Notes: generated from the letters alone by a model not told the origin. Positions 37,186-51,354 are shown, counted from the stretch's first letter. The stretch: 64,000 nucleotides of DNA from Octopus bimaculoides (GCF_001194135.2 NC_068984.1:66453950-66517949), one strand, 5' to 3'. Numbers and translations are program-made.

Positions 37186-38628
37186 GTCATTTATTTTGTT
37201 ATATTTTTGCTGGGTTTTTTTTATTACCTTCTTAATGTATTTTTTATTTGTTTTTGGCAAATAGCATTAGACAGTGAATTGCTGCTTAATTTAGCTGGAA
37301 TAAAACTTAAAACCAGCTGCCAATCAACATTAGAACTAGATTTATGTATCAATTGTTACTGGTCATAATATCTTAAATAAATGAGTATAAGAGAGAGGTA
37401 AAGAAAGAGAGAAAGAGAGAGAGGAGGGAGTGAAACTGGCGAGGGAGATTATTTTCACCCTACTTGGAGAACCTACTGGTACTTCATAGTAATGATACTT
37501 TTATTAGATTTCTCCTAAATGCATTTTTAACTTTAATACACAATCACACACATACATGTATCCTTGTAGATATATATGTGTGCATACATATATATGTACA
37601 CATACACACACACACATTTAGATGCATACATACATGCATATATATATAGAGAGATATATAGATATATACACACATACATAAATGCATACACAAATATATG
37701 AATGTACATGCATTTGTGAGTGTGTGCATATATATCTATGTATACAGATACATATATACAGATGTGTGTGTGTGATTCAATTTCTATTATCATCCTAATG
37801 CAGTACACTTTCAGCTTCATTTTCATTTTAAACAATGCTGCGAAATTACATGGAGATAAGTCAGCAAGTACAGAGGGTTAAGGATGGCCATTATTTCCTT
37901 CTTCATGAAAAACTCTGTTGTTGTGAAGGAGATTTGTGTGAATGAATTGTTAGAATCCAATGGCCAATAGCAGTTATATCATTATTCAGGTCTTCAGTCT
38001 TTTGAACTACATATCATCCCTGAAGCACTTTAGAGCCTTGCATTAAAATTCAAATTTCATCTTACATTTCAGAGGAACAATGCTCTCGTTGTCAATAAAT
38101 ATGACATACATGCTTTTCATTGTACTCATGCCACGCTTTCCCTGGCACCGTTTCTATGACTGGATGACCTTCTTAATATCAGCCACTTTCTAATACAGTA
38201 CACTGGGTCCTGTTTATTGTGGCACTAGCATTAGAGAAGTTGTCTTTTATTTGCAAGGATAAGAATAAGGATTCTTGACTGAATATTGTCTTTCCTTATT
38301 TGTTTCATTCAGCAAATGCTCAAAGAGCTGTGAATTAAAGGAAATCATAGAAGATGGAGTTAATGAACAAATGGAAATATAACATATAAATTCGAATAAC
38401 TTGTATAAATAAAATGTAAGCAAGCCTTTATTTTTGATGTGGGCAGAGTATTAAGATTGAAATAGGAAAAGAAGCCATTGCTTGCCATATTAGGAATCAA
38501 TAACTGATATTTTGAATAAATTTAAAGTTTTGGTATACTAAAGTGATTTTGAAAAAAGATCTTAAAATGTTGGCAATGGATTTCTTTTTCCAAACACCAG
38601 GGAGGTTTTAAAATGTGAGGGATTATCT

Positions 38629-38977
38629 CAGGGGTTCTCAACCATTTTTTATCTATGAACCCCTTTGATTACTATTTTACTTTGGTGGACCCCCATAGCC
38701 ATTCGATGTTTAAAAACTAGTTTTATAGAAACTTCTTTCAAAATATCTATTTTGTTTTTCATGTGTTAATTTGTGTAGGATGAACCATGCAAAATGTTAG
38801 AGAAAGAAACCTAGCTGTTGTTTTACAGTACATACCAATACATACATCTAAGCAGAAATTTTTCAGGGGCTCTTAAGATACTATTGTGGATCCCTAATTT
38901 ACTATTTTGTTATATGGACCCCAAAATATCATATATGGGCTTTCAGAGGCCATACAGACCCCAGTTGAAAACCGCTG
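38629..38977. mobile_element. hAT (Charlie-like) MITE
   Basis: TIRs CAGGGGTTCTCAAC / GTTGAAAACCGCTG (12/14); subterminal GGACCCC motifs; TSD not recognisable. Confidence 0.8.
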
Positions 38978-39605
38978 TTAAAATTACTTTACCTTACAAT
39001 ATAATTTAATGGAAAAATAATTAGTATCGAAGCGTAATAACACATCATTAAGACAGCATATTTAATGTAAAATTAATTTGAATGGCATACAAAGATCGAA
39101 GAAAGATTTAGAGAACAAGGGAATGCTAAATTTAATAAATAGTTTATATCGAAAAGAAAGTTCGAAGAAGTGAAATGTTAAACTTAGTAAAATATTTAGA
39201 AGTGGAGTATGATAAAGCAGTACGAATTAAATAAATTAGTATATTCAAATTAAGTTAATTTATGTAGTACATGTGATTTAGGAGGAATTTTAGAAAGTGT
39301 AATATTTTTTAAAAGGGAAATGCTAAAATTGATACAATGATGCATGTATTCCTTTCCAATATTCTGTGTTTCCTTTGTCATCAAAGAACATCTCCTGTCT
39401 TTTGATGATGTGTGTTCATAACACATGTGATCCACTAGTGTAAGGGAACTTTCAGATACTGCACTGTTTTGACCTTATTGTGTGTCTCCTTAGTCAAAAA
39501 CTGTCTCACTGCATTGATGTATCTAACAAGAGTACATGTCCTTGTTTATAGAAATCAACAAATATGATATTTCCTGATGCATGCTGATGTCTACCAAATA
39601 AAGAA

Positions 39606-39758
39606 TAATTCAAGGGGTACACACAGAGCAGCAGGAATCCAAACAATAATACATCTATTCATTGTCAATACATTCTGGCAGACTTGAATGTTAATGTTAA
39701 AAATGAATAGATCTGTTATTATCTGGATTCTTGCTGCTCTGCATGCACCTATGAATTA
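39606..39758. repeat. Imperfect ~57-bp inverted repeat with ~38-nt loop (fold-back element or MITE)
   Basis: TAATTCA...CAGAGCAGCAGGAATCC...ATCTATTCATT versus AATGAATAGAT...GGATTCTTGCTGCTCTG...TGAATTA. Confidence 0.85.
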
Positions 39759-40409
39759 CTAAAATTGATCGTTTATATTAAAATATATCCAGATAAAATA
39801 TGTGAAACAAGATGGAATTTAGTATAATGAAAATAATGAACATAAGCTGGGGTTGGATAAAGAAGTGTAAGAAAAGTATATCAGAAAAGTATTGTATGAT
39901 TTTGACATTGAACATATGTAGAGAATAATATTAGAGAGAATAATTGATTAGGAATAAAAGCTAAATATTAGACTGTACTGTTAGATGTAGTTCAAAGAAT
40001 GAGAAAGTATATTTAGGGAATAAATCTGTAGAGATTAGTCTAAGAAACATATAATTAAGCTTAGTGTTCCATTTATGCTTATTTATACATTTCCTCTTCT
40101 ATTTTCCCAATATGAACATTCTCACCAATTCTTCTTATTCTTTTCTCCTGTTTTACCTTTTATCTCTCTTATTCTTCTCTATAATAAATCACACAGTTAT
40201 TCTTTCCTTTTCATCCTCTTTTATTTTTAATTATTAGTGTGTATAAATTGATGCTGTGGTCAACTAATAAAATCTATTAGTTTTAATATTATCCAATCAA
40301 ATCTTGCGGAAATATTAGAATATTTCCACTGCATTTCTCATGTTCCTTTTTTCTTTTTATTATTTATCTAAAACATGGAAGTTATTGGAAGTTAGAAACT
40401 TCAAATGAC

Positions 40410-40618
40410 AGTTTCAAATGTTGGCACTAAGGGAAAGGGCTAGTTGATTTAATCCCTGCCCTTGTGCTTAGGTGGTATTTATTCTATTGATGCTAAGCCT
40501 GAAAGGGTGGAAGGCAAAATTGAACTCTGCAGAATTTGAACTCAGACTCTAAAACTAGAAGAAATGTCACTAAGTATTTTGTCCAGTGTGGTTATGATTT
40601 GGTCAGTTTGTTGCCTTT
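40410..40618 (-). mobile_element. SINE family D
   Basis: GAAGGCAAAATTGAACTCTGCAGAATTTGAACTCAGA and flanking family motifs. Confidence 0.7.
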
Positions 40619-43600
40619 ATAGAAATTTCAAGTAATAATTTGTGAAGTTTCAGCTACCAATAAAACATGGACAACATTCTACCTCTAGTATTGAGTACTC
40701 TGTTGTCCTTCATACTGAAGTGTTCACATTTATCTATCATTATTTTTTATATATGAGCAATGAATAGAAACAGATAAATTCTAGCTGAATATAGAAAAGT
40801 ACTCTTTGAATCTTCCCATCAGAAATATTTCCATTTAAATGGCATTACTTGAAATGTTTAATCAAGAAAATGAAAGACTTTACAAGAAGAATGAGATAGT
40901 AAGCTCGTTATTTTCAACAGAGATACACCTTAGAAAATAAATATGGATTCATATAAAAAAAAGAAAAACACCCCAACAAACAAAGAACTCAAGCCATTTG
41001 AAGCAAACCTTTTCAATCTGATAAAGAGAGTTAGATTCAGGAAAGCACTTTAAACATGAATTTAATAGTTTTATCTACTTCTAAAGAATTTATGTATTGT
41101 CAGATGAAGCCAAAATCTCTTACAGTATAAACAAAATATCAGTTCATCAATATTTTTTTAAAATCTGGCATCAACACACAGAATTCCTTAAATACAGATG
41201 CCAAAGATATAGTCATCAACCTTAAACTGTATGACAGAGTAGAATATTTAGTCCTTGATGCTTCATTTATTTCCCTTAAACATCACAACCCTAATTTTTC
41301 TAGTTACTGTAAATACAAGTTAACTAACTAAGCAAATACCAAATTAGGAATAGTTAGGAATAGTAATAATAAACTTCTTGAATACAATGCTCAGATGGTG
41401 TACTGTAATTTGTCAGAAAAGGCTAAAAAGAGGAGACAGGAGGTAGTAATAAGTCAAATAAAGACAGCAATTATAGCAAGAAGCATATAGAATATATACT
41501 TTTAGTATATATCTGTGTATAGTATATAGAATAAAAAAAAAGACAAAAGTGAACAATAAAAGAACCTTAAAGTGCATGTCAGAGTGCTGTTGGCAAATTT
41601 TGGGGAGCATGGAACTTTCAAAAGACACAGTGCTCTGACAGCTAACAGCCAACACGAAGTTGTTTAGTTCATGTTTCAACAACTCTGAACATGAAAAACA
41701 GGCTGTGCAAGTCGTGGATGCTTCACTGTGTTTTGATTTTATAAGCATTTTATAATCCTAGATTCAGTTTTACTTAAAAAAAAAACAAAAAGACAAAGAA
41801 ATATTTATATCCTTTCCTTTGTGGAAGAAGACTAAATCAGTGGTGAAATGATTTAATAGCATAAGTAACAAACAAGATTGTAAATTTACTCAGTTCCAAA
41901 TTATCTATTTCTAGCTCCTCCACTAATAACCTACTTCTCTTCAAAGGTTTTGCATTTGCATACACCGTTATATCTATGAGAAAATTTGATATTAAAATAT
42001 TTTTGTATTCCATGAAAATCCCTTTTGGTTTTTGACAGTTCATTCTGTGTCCTTAAAGAAGACAGAGAATTATTTATTGTCTGCATGACATATACAATAG
42101 GGACTGAACTATGTGAAACTATTGATATCTTTATTTTAGACTGTTTGCATTAAATATATCAACTGCTTTGATATATATGTATATGTGCATGCACACACAC
42201 ACACACACACACACNNNNNNNNNNNNNNNNNNNNNNNNNNNNNNNNNNNNNNNNNNNNNNNNNNNNNNNNNNNNNNNNNNNNNNNNNNNNNNNNNNNNNN
42301 NNNNNNNNNNNNNNNNNNNNNNNNNNNNNNNNNNNNNNNNNNNNNNNNNNNNNNNNNNNNNNNNNNNNNNNNNNNNNNNNNNNNNNNNNNNNNNNNNNNN
42401 NNNNNNNNNNNNNNNNNNNNNNNNNNNNNNNNNNNNNNNNNNNNNNNNNTATATATATATATGTATTTGTGTGTATGTGTGTTTGTGTTGTACTGAGAAT
42501 ATCGGTTGTACTTTTTTTAAGTTTGTTTAATATATTATTATTAATTTTTTTATTATTGCAGAATGTTCTAAAGAATCATTTTGGTAAATTTTAGTATTCA
42601 AAACAAGATTCTGCTATGATGCTTGAATATATTTTTTGCTTTGTGTTATCTTCTCAACAACAACATCAACAATAACACCACCACCACCACCACTACCACT
42701 ACCACCACCACCGACAGCTATACACACAATCACAGAATATTTGGCTTTGTAAACTTATGAATATCAGCTGTTAAGCTTCTTCAAAATATGCAGTATGTTC
42801 AGTTCATCAAGTGATATGAAATAAAGTTTTATATGGACAACATGATGATAAATATTTAGTACAAAAAGAAAATAAGAAAAGCAGTGAAATTTTATGTCTT
42901 TTTTAATCATATATACATGTATGTATGTGTGTGTGTATGTATATATAAATTTATATATATCCACACACACATACACACATATATATTGTTTGTGTGTGTG
43001 TTTGTGCTTTTCTGTGTGTGCATGTGCCTGTGTGTCAGTGTATGTATTTGGTGGTGGAGTAGTGTAGCTTACCGCATTCACACAGTATAACCTTAATGAT
43101 ACATTTGTGTTTTTACTCAGAAAAACTACTTTGAAGTTGGAATAACTGCATCTGATGTGTCCTCACACTTTGCCTGTACTGGTGCAAACAAAAAAAAAAA
43201 ANNNNNNNNNNAAAAAAAAAAAAAAAAACAAGAAACTTGCATGTCATATCAAGTGAGTTCTGAGGTGGGGTTAAAAAAAATAATTGGTGAAACTCTTTTA
43301 GATGCTGAGGGAGACACACTATCACTACTCATAGCTTACTTACATTCACATAAAAGTTAACATACACCACATATAAACACCTTCACACACATATATAATG
43401 GTGGGTCTCTGATCAGTATATTTTTCTGTTGTTCATTGTATTTGTGGCAAACTGATGAGTATCTGAGTGTCCCACAGAAACTTGCACTCTTAACATTATC
43501 CTCTGCCAGAATCAGCATGATTGGTATGTGACACAAAACATGCCTTTTGAATTATTGGTATAATCTATTCCGTAGACTTTTGCACTGTTGCTGGGGATAT

Positions 43601-44074
43601 GTTTGAAGACACTTTACCAAATGTGTCAAACAGTGAGACTATAGGATTGAGAAGTAGACTTCTTGGCAGAATTCTGATTTAAACACGCCATATAACACTT
43701 CATAACTACTATTTTATTTTTGGGAATTTTCAGAAAATTTTTGTGTCAGGAATTCAAATGAGTATGAAAAACCAATTTTTGAAAAAAATTTTTGGAATTT
43801 TTATTTTTCAAAATCAGACAGTTCGAAATTTTTGGTTAAGTCCCAGCAATAGACTATTAAATGTATTTATGGGGAGAAACATACTGAAAAACATCAATGC
43901 GTCAGAGTGACAAACAAACAAGGATGGTATCAGGTCATCGTTGGGTGTGCTAAAAATAACAGCTAAATAGTCCTTAAATCACATACAAAGAAATCTTTTT
44001 TGTTGGGTGGGGTGAATAATCATATGAATTCCCATGTGCAGAAAACAAATTTACAAAATATTTCTGGAAATTCC

Positions 44075-44232
44075 AGCGCAGGAGAGGCCGTGTGGTAAGT
44101 AGCTTGTTTACCAACCACATTGTTTCGGGTTCATTCTCACTGCGTGGCACCTTGGGCAAGTGTCTTCTACTATAGCTTCGGGCCGACCAAAGCCTTGTGA
44201 GTGGATTTGGTAGACGGAAACTGAAAAGAAGC

Positions 44233-44285
<53 letters not shown>

Positions 44286-44424
44286 GTTTGTGTGTCTGTG
44301 TTTGTCCCTCCAACATCGCTTGACAACCGATGCTGGTATGTTTACGTCCGCGTAACTTAGCGGTGCTCCAGCATGGCCGCAATCAAATGACTGAAACAAG
44401 TAAAAAAGAGTAAAAGAGTAAGAG
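44075..44424 (+). mobile_element. SINE family A, young copy with an internal deletion in the 3' body
   Basis: GCGCAGGAGAGGCCGTGTGGTAAG head, CpG-rich, (TA)n, tail TGACTGAAACAAGTAAAAAAGAGTAAAAGAG. Confidence 0.92.
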
Positions 44425-45019
44425 TATGATAAAAAAGTTATGAGGGTTTATATGGTGTACTTAAAGCAAAATTCCACCCACTTCTTAACTATTCTGTCAT
44501 GCTTGTGTTCACATTGCTCACACATTTACATTGATTTAATTCCAGTATTTTTTAAAGCTCTATCAAAAACTGTGGATTTCCTGAAGGATATATGTTTTGC
44601 TGACAGCATATAAATTACTCTCTGCCACTCATTAACAAAACACATTGAATATGAGAACAGAAAGTTATTTTTGATTGATTTTAAAGTGCTAGACAAATTA
44701 TAATTTATTGTTGCTAAAGAAATGATGAGATGATGAGAAATTAATATCTTACAATATAATTATTGTTTCTTTTAATTTTCTTTGGAGGCTTAATTGATAC
44801 TTATTTTACACAACTTTGTTATGTTGTTATGTTCTACACTTATACACATTGTTGTATCATATATTTATACAACATAACAACTGTTTTACTCTTCTACAAA
44901 TAAATACTAGGGTATCTTTATTTGTAACTTGTGCTGTATCTTATACACCAGACTCTGTCCTAAAATCTATGACTAAATATTTTGCTTCTTAAAACCAAAT
45001 TTTAAACAAAGGCACAAAA

Positions 45020-45492
45020 GTGCCAGTCTGGTAAGAAGTTTGCTTCTCAATCACACTGTTCTGGGTTCTGTCCAACTGTATGGTAACTTGGGCAATTGTC
45101 TTCTACTATTTCCTTGGGCTGACTGAAGCTTTTTGAATGAATTTGGTAGAGAAAAAGTGGAAGAAGCCTGTCATGTATATATCTATATGTATATAACTAT
45201 GTGTGTGTGTCTTTGCTTGCCCTCCAGTTTTTCACTTGGCAACTGGTTTTGGTGTGTTTATGTGCCTGTAAGTTAGTGGTTCAGCAAAAGAGACCAATAG
45301 GCTAAGTACCAGGCTTAAAAATTAAAACAAAAAGCATGTGTATATTGGGTTCTACTCTTCGTTATTAGTCTTACAATGCCTAAGCAATATTGCCAGATCA
45401 GACTGGAGCCTAGTTCAGCTTCCTGGCTTGCCAGTCCCCAGTCAAACCGTCCAACCTTTGCCAGCACGAAAAACGGACATTAAACAATGATG
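45020..45492 (+). mobile_element. SINE family A (45020-45330) followed by an RTE 3' tail (45385-45492)
   Basis: GCCAGATCAGACTGGAGCC...GGACATTAAACAATGATGAT. Confidence 0.75.
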
Positions 45493-45716
45493 ATATATAT
45501 ATATATATATGTATATATGTGTATATATATANNNNNNNNNNNNNNNNNNNNNNNNNNNNNNNNNNNNNNNNNNNNNNNNNNNNNNNNNNNNNNNNNNNNN
45601 NNNNNNNNNNNNNNNNNNNNNNNNNNNNNNNNNNNNNNNNNNNNNNNNNNNNNNNNNNNNNNNNNNNNNNNATATATATATATATATATCAACAATAATA
45701 GTAATAATAATAGTAA

Positions 45717-46103
45717 ACTGGCATGGCTGTGTGGTATGAAGCTTGCTTCCTAATCACATGGTTCAAGGTTCAGTTCCACTGCATGGCATCTTGGGAAAAT
45801 GTCTTCTACTATAGCCTCAGGCCGACCAAAGCCTTGTGAATGGATATAGTAGATGGAAACTGAAAGAAGCCCGTTGTATACATATATATATATGTGTGTA
45901 TATATGTTTGTGTGTCAGTGTTTGTTCCTCCACCATTGCATGACAACCGATGTTGGTGTGTTTATGTCTCCATAACTTAACAGTTCAGCAAAAGAGTACT
46001 AGGATTACAAACAATAAATCCTGGAGTTGATTTGTTCAACTAAAGGCGGTGTTCCAGCATGGATGCAGTCAAATGAGTGAAACCAATAAAAGAATAAAAG
46101 AAT
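45717..46103 (+). mobile_element. SINE family A, full length
   Basis: Head to AAAAGAATAAAAGAA tail. Confidence 0.9.
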
Positions 46104-46112
46104 AATCCATTA

Positions 46113-46150
<38 letters not shown>

Positions 46151-46152
<2 letters not shown>

Positions 46153-46327
46153 GCCATGATAGATCGCTGACCATTACATATATATTTTTTTTCCCCTTGT
46201 TTCTCTATTTCTTTCTGTGTTCTTTTCATTTGAAGAACGTAGCTCGAAACGTCAAAGACTTTCTCTATTCCCGAGCGTTAAACTAATACATCCATTTGTT
46301 GTTTACACCACCTGTCTTTGTCTGTTG
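46151..46327 (+). mobile_element. Penelope-like solo pseudo-LTR with a degenerate hammerhead, inserted in (TA)n
   Basis: TCTTTT CATTTGA A GAAC-GTA-GCTC GAAA CG TC AAAGA at 46221-46258; (TA)n on both sides. Confidence 0.55.
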
Positions 46328-47649
46328 CTTTTTTCGTAAATTCTCCCATATATATATATATACATATACACACACATATACATTACATCTTACTAAGTAT
46401 TTTATTTATTCTATAAGTTTGTTAACATCATTGAAAGAATCATAACTTCTCTATTTCCTGCCAATGTTATTCAGAAGGGTCATTTACTCCTATGGTTAAA
46501 ATATTCCTCTATAACAACAACTAAACCATGTTGTGCTTAAAAAACTGAGACTGAGATATAGTTTCAGTGAGATATTATCTCAAGAATAAAGACTCGGAAG
46601 CTTACTTTTCAGCCTTTTAAACATCTTAGAAAAGCAAACAATAAATCTGTCGCAAGAAATACTTAGAATTTATAAATTAGATTTTAAATTATTGCCTCCA
46701 ATTTTATTTGTATTCAAAGGTAATTATAAAAGATTAAGAGAAACAGATTTCATTTTGAAACTACTTCTTTTCAATTCAGGAGAAAAAAAAGACATTATGA
46801 GAAAAGTGTCATAATAATGTGATTTTATCTTAATGCAAAAAATAATAATAATAATAATAATAATTTTACAATAACTGCCAAAAAAAAAGGGAAAATAAAA
46901 ATGGAAGTGGGGGTGAATTCATAATTTTGTTTTTAATATATCTCAAATTGTTATTCCACCAGCTATGCAATTAAAATTTTCGAACATTAAAAAAGAAATG
47001 GCCAGTAAAATAACAAGAAAAAAAAAAAGAAAAGCAAAATTAAAAGAAACAAGCAAACAAACAAAGAATGGCAAAACATGGAATAACAATAAAAATAAAT
47101 GAATGTTCAATATGTTTGAATGCTTTTTGGCTAAAGCAAACACAATATTCCATTATAAAGTTACTGAGACTATAACATGTACATTAAGTGATTTAAATTC
47201 TTAAATCCTCCCAAGTTTCTGCTTAATGTGCTAAAATATATCATCTTTAGATGACAGCAGTGCATTTTTTTTTTTAAAGAAGTAGTTATTCATGGCATTA
47301 CTAAACCAATTTATGTGACTCTAATAACACTGTTGAGAAGATATGCATGAAAGCTTATTGTCATGCTGCTATAAAAAGAATGCATTACAAGTCAATGAGG
47401 AAGCCTCTATGAGTTTGCTTGATCTAACTACCAAAATCTCCTTCAAATCACATCACTGCACTGTCTTAAAAAAAAAATAATGCATCCAATATTAACACTG
47501 GTTTCTAAGGTAAAAACATGCCTTGAAGAACAAGGATGGAGTGGTGACAGGAAGAAAAACGAAACACAAACACAGAAAAACCTCAAATGTTGAACGAACA
47601 GATGAATATACATATATGTAAGGAATATAATGAAATATAAAATTATATA

Positions 47650-47890
47650 TATGTATGTATTAATACAGGCATACATACATACATACATACATATATACAC
47701 ACATGCATACATACATACATACATACATAAATACATATATACATACATATAAATGCAATGTTCAATATGTATGTGTACATGTATAACTGTAATATAAATT
47801 TACACACGCATGCACACACACACACGCATAAATACACATACATACATACATAGAGGAAGAGAGAGAGAGAGAGAGAGAGATAGAGAGAGG
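47650..47890. repeat. Compound (TACA)n/(CA)n/(GA)n microsatellite
   Basis: Direct inspection. Confidence 0.9.
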
Positions 47891-47959
47891 CAGACAAATT
47901 GATAATAGTTCTCCAATTCTCCAAGCTACAATAGAAGAGTTAAAGATTAGCTGTTCATG

Positions 47960-48895
47960 GAAATCCTGTATACTGATGACGTATGGAAGAGTCAATGAAA
48001 GACTCAGAAGTGAAATTCCAGAGGCAGAAGCAAAACCTAGAATCGAAAGGTCTCAGGGTAGTAAACTTAGTAAACACCACAGTTTCAGTATGAAGTATAG
48101 AAGACAGGACAGTACTGCCATCAAGGAAATGACCATACTTAATACTGAGAAAAAGAGTTGGTAGAAACACCATATGGTGAACTGTGATCACAGACTTGTT
48201 GATGGCAAAATAGATTTTGTGTGCAGCAGATGTACAGGAGAGGTTAGCAGTCAGTGCAGTTGTACTACAAATTCCCTTCGGTGTTCAAGAAGGTCTGTAG
48301 AAGTAATTGATAGCTTCTTTTATCTAAGCAGTGTAATTGGCATTGAAGGAGTGCACTTTGAAAGTATAGTAGACAAAGTTAAAAAGTTCAGTGGGATATT
48401 ACCTCTGCTGGTAGCAAAGGGATTCTGTCTTCTGGCTGAGAGTAGATTGTATGTTACATTGTCATGATGTGGGTACCGACATGCAAAAGTTGGAGGGAAA
48501 TGAAGCAAGCATGCTCCAATGGATGTATAATGTCACTAAGCATGACTGACACAACACAGATGAGCTGATAGATAAACTAGATATAAGAGGAATCAGTTTC
48601 AGTGTGAAAGAATGGAGATTGCACTAATAGGGACGTGATGTATATTGGAAAAAAGAGATGGGTAAATAAGGGCCATGATATCCAAGTGGAAGGACATTGT
48701 GAAAGAGGAAGACTAGGAAGAGATGTGCAAAAGTAGTAAAAGCTGGTTTCAAGAATTTTTTGTTTTTTACCCTCACAAAGGAAATGGCAAAGAACATAAG
48801 AAATAGCAAGAGACTGCTGTGGAAAAGAACCATCCAACCGATACAATCATGGGAAAGTGTATATAAAATATGAGGATGATGACGATAATATATAT
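47960..48895 (+). mobile_element. Decayed RTE LINE 3' part (RT C-terminus, Cys-rich insertion remnant, short GAT tail)
   Basis: RK.VGRN.IW, DFVCSRC, SVEVIDSFFYLS, ILPLLVAKG, EASMLQWMYNV, RGRLGK; ends GAGGATGATGACGAT. Confidence 0.85.
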
Positions 48896-49057
48896 TGACC
48901 ACTGTACCTATTTCATGGAGCTCTATTTACCAAATGTCTTAGGTTTTGTTATCCATTAACTTAAGGAGTCACTACTCTAGTAAGCATTAACTCAGAAACA
49001 AACACACACACACACATATGTATACTCTAAGTATATGTGGGTGGCTGTGTATGTGTG

Positions 49058-49095
<38 letters not shown>

Positions 49096-49105
49096 NNNNN
49101 NNNNN

Positions 49106-49145
<40 letters not shown>

Positions 49146-49792
49146 GTACGTACGTATATATACCTGTATGTATATATGCGCTTTTATGATTATAAATTTT
49201 ACACACACATACATGTATATATTTTTTCCTCCTTTATTTTTGTGTCTTATCCAGGATTTTCCACCTCAAAGAGTTTGTGCTAACATTAATATTGCTTCTA
49301 CTGATAGTCATCTTGTGTCAGTAGTTACAATCATAAACATGCTGATCAGTGTAAAATCTCTGTGATTTATGGCCTTTTCAGCACAGTTCTCATTGTCTAG
49401 AAGCCTCAAAAACACATGAGTGTAAAATCCTACCAACACTTTGCAGGGGAAAAAACACAATACAAAGTAAAATATAATCTATACTTTAGAGGTGAGAATA
49501 GCCTTGAGTTAAATGCTATGATTTCTGCTTAAATGGTCCTATTATTTCAAGCAGCCTGATGCAATTATTGGTAAGCATAGAATAAACTAGATGAAAAAAA
49601 TGGAAGCAAAATTTTTTGTGCACTGAACATGAGAGATTTTTAAAACATTTTCTCATTGGATTTTATTTTGGAAACTAAATTTTATTTTTCAACTTTTTTA
49701 CATTATTGCCATCTTATTTTTTTGCTTGCTTGCTTTCTCTGTTTTTCTTCTATCAGTTACACAGTCTTGAACATATATGCATCCAAACACTT

Positions 49793-49841
<49 letters not shown>

Positions 49842-50489
49842 CGTGCACATACACACATGTGCATACATATATATCAACAAATACATGCATACACATGCCA
49901 ATAGATAATCAATCAATCAGTGACTAATTTAAACTTTTAAAATAAATATATATGAAATCATTCATCATGATTGGAAAGCAGAAAATTGGTAAAGAAATTG
50001 GGATGATCGGGAGTTGCGGACAACACTAACTCAATATACATTTGTTGAAGTCATCTGATAAAAAAAAATTCTGAGTTAATACTTATTTAAAAGTATTTTA
50101 TTCACTTTTATTTATAGATTTTAATATTTTACATGGATAATAAAAAATTAAAAACAAAAAATAAGATGTATTTCAACCCTGCTTTCCATAATATAACAAT
50201 ATATTTATTTTTATCTTCTGTTCTGATTTTTTTTTTTAATTTAAAAGGAAAATTAAGTAAAAAATAATAATGGAATAAAATATAAATAGCTTATAGATCT
50301 GTTTATTTTTAATGTAAAATTTCTTTGAAGAAAAGTGAAATAATAGAATATTGGACTTATGTGAAAACCTGATGCATTGAAGCTGAAAGAAATTGGCTTT
50401 TCATATGTTGAACAGTATTTTTAGAGTGAAGAAGGTATTTGGAACTTTAAAATTATTTGTTAAGGGAAGAAAATAACAGCCCCTTGGAA

Positions 50490-50498
50490 TAATTTGTA

Positions 50499-50548
<50 letters not shown>

Positions 50549-50867
50549 GTGCGTGCATGTGCACACACACTCATATATCATATATATCATATATATAAAT
50601 ATATGTGTGTGTGTGTGTGTATGTAGGTGTGTGTGTGAATATATGTGTGATTATATGTAAATGCATATGTATGCATGTATATACATATGTATATATAAAT
50701 AAATACATACATGTAAATATATACCTAAGTGCATGCATGCATATATATGTGTATATATGAGTGATTATATGTGTAAGTATATATATTCATATATATATAT
50801 GTATGTATACATGCTGGACTATATGTGTGTGCGTATGTTTGTGTGCATGTACATGTATGTGTGTGCG

Positions 50868-50920
<53 letters not shown>

Positions 50921-50944
50921 TTGTGCGCACGCATGCACACACAT

Positions 50945-50980
<36 letters not shown>
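50490..50980. repeat. Compound (TA)n/(CA)n/(TG)n low-complexity block
   Basis: Direct inspection. Confidence 0.9.
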
Positions 50981-51354
50981 CAGAGTAGGTTGAATGACTA
51001 AAACAAAGTGTAGTTTATTGATTTGAGGAGTGTTTAAGTGTTGCCTAATATGTACTGAGGGTAATTCTATAGAAGATATTTGCATGAGTATAGAACAGAT
51101 AACTTTGGTAAACAAGAGTTGCTATTTAGGAATGCGCTACTAAGTGTTCTTGGACAGGAAAATTGCTTGGTGTTGCATAATAAAATATTGATGACCAAAT
51201 AGGATTTAAATTATTATTTCTAAAAGAAGTTATCAATTCTCTTTTTAAAATAATAATGTTTGCCATCAGTTAGGATCATTTCTTATAACTGTTTTTTTTA
51301 TAAACTGAGGAAAATGAATGAAACGGCACAGCTTATAAAATAATATTCAGTTGT

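Noticed and set aside
41413-41748. 111-aa Cys/Ser-rich minus-strand ORF
   Set aside because: Weak donor, the first acceptor after the T-tract gives stops in all frames, and no homology recognised.
43660-43990. AT-rich segment with A/T runs that looks like a dispersed repeat
   Set aside because: Could not define termini or class from this window alone.
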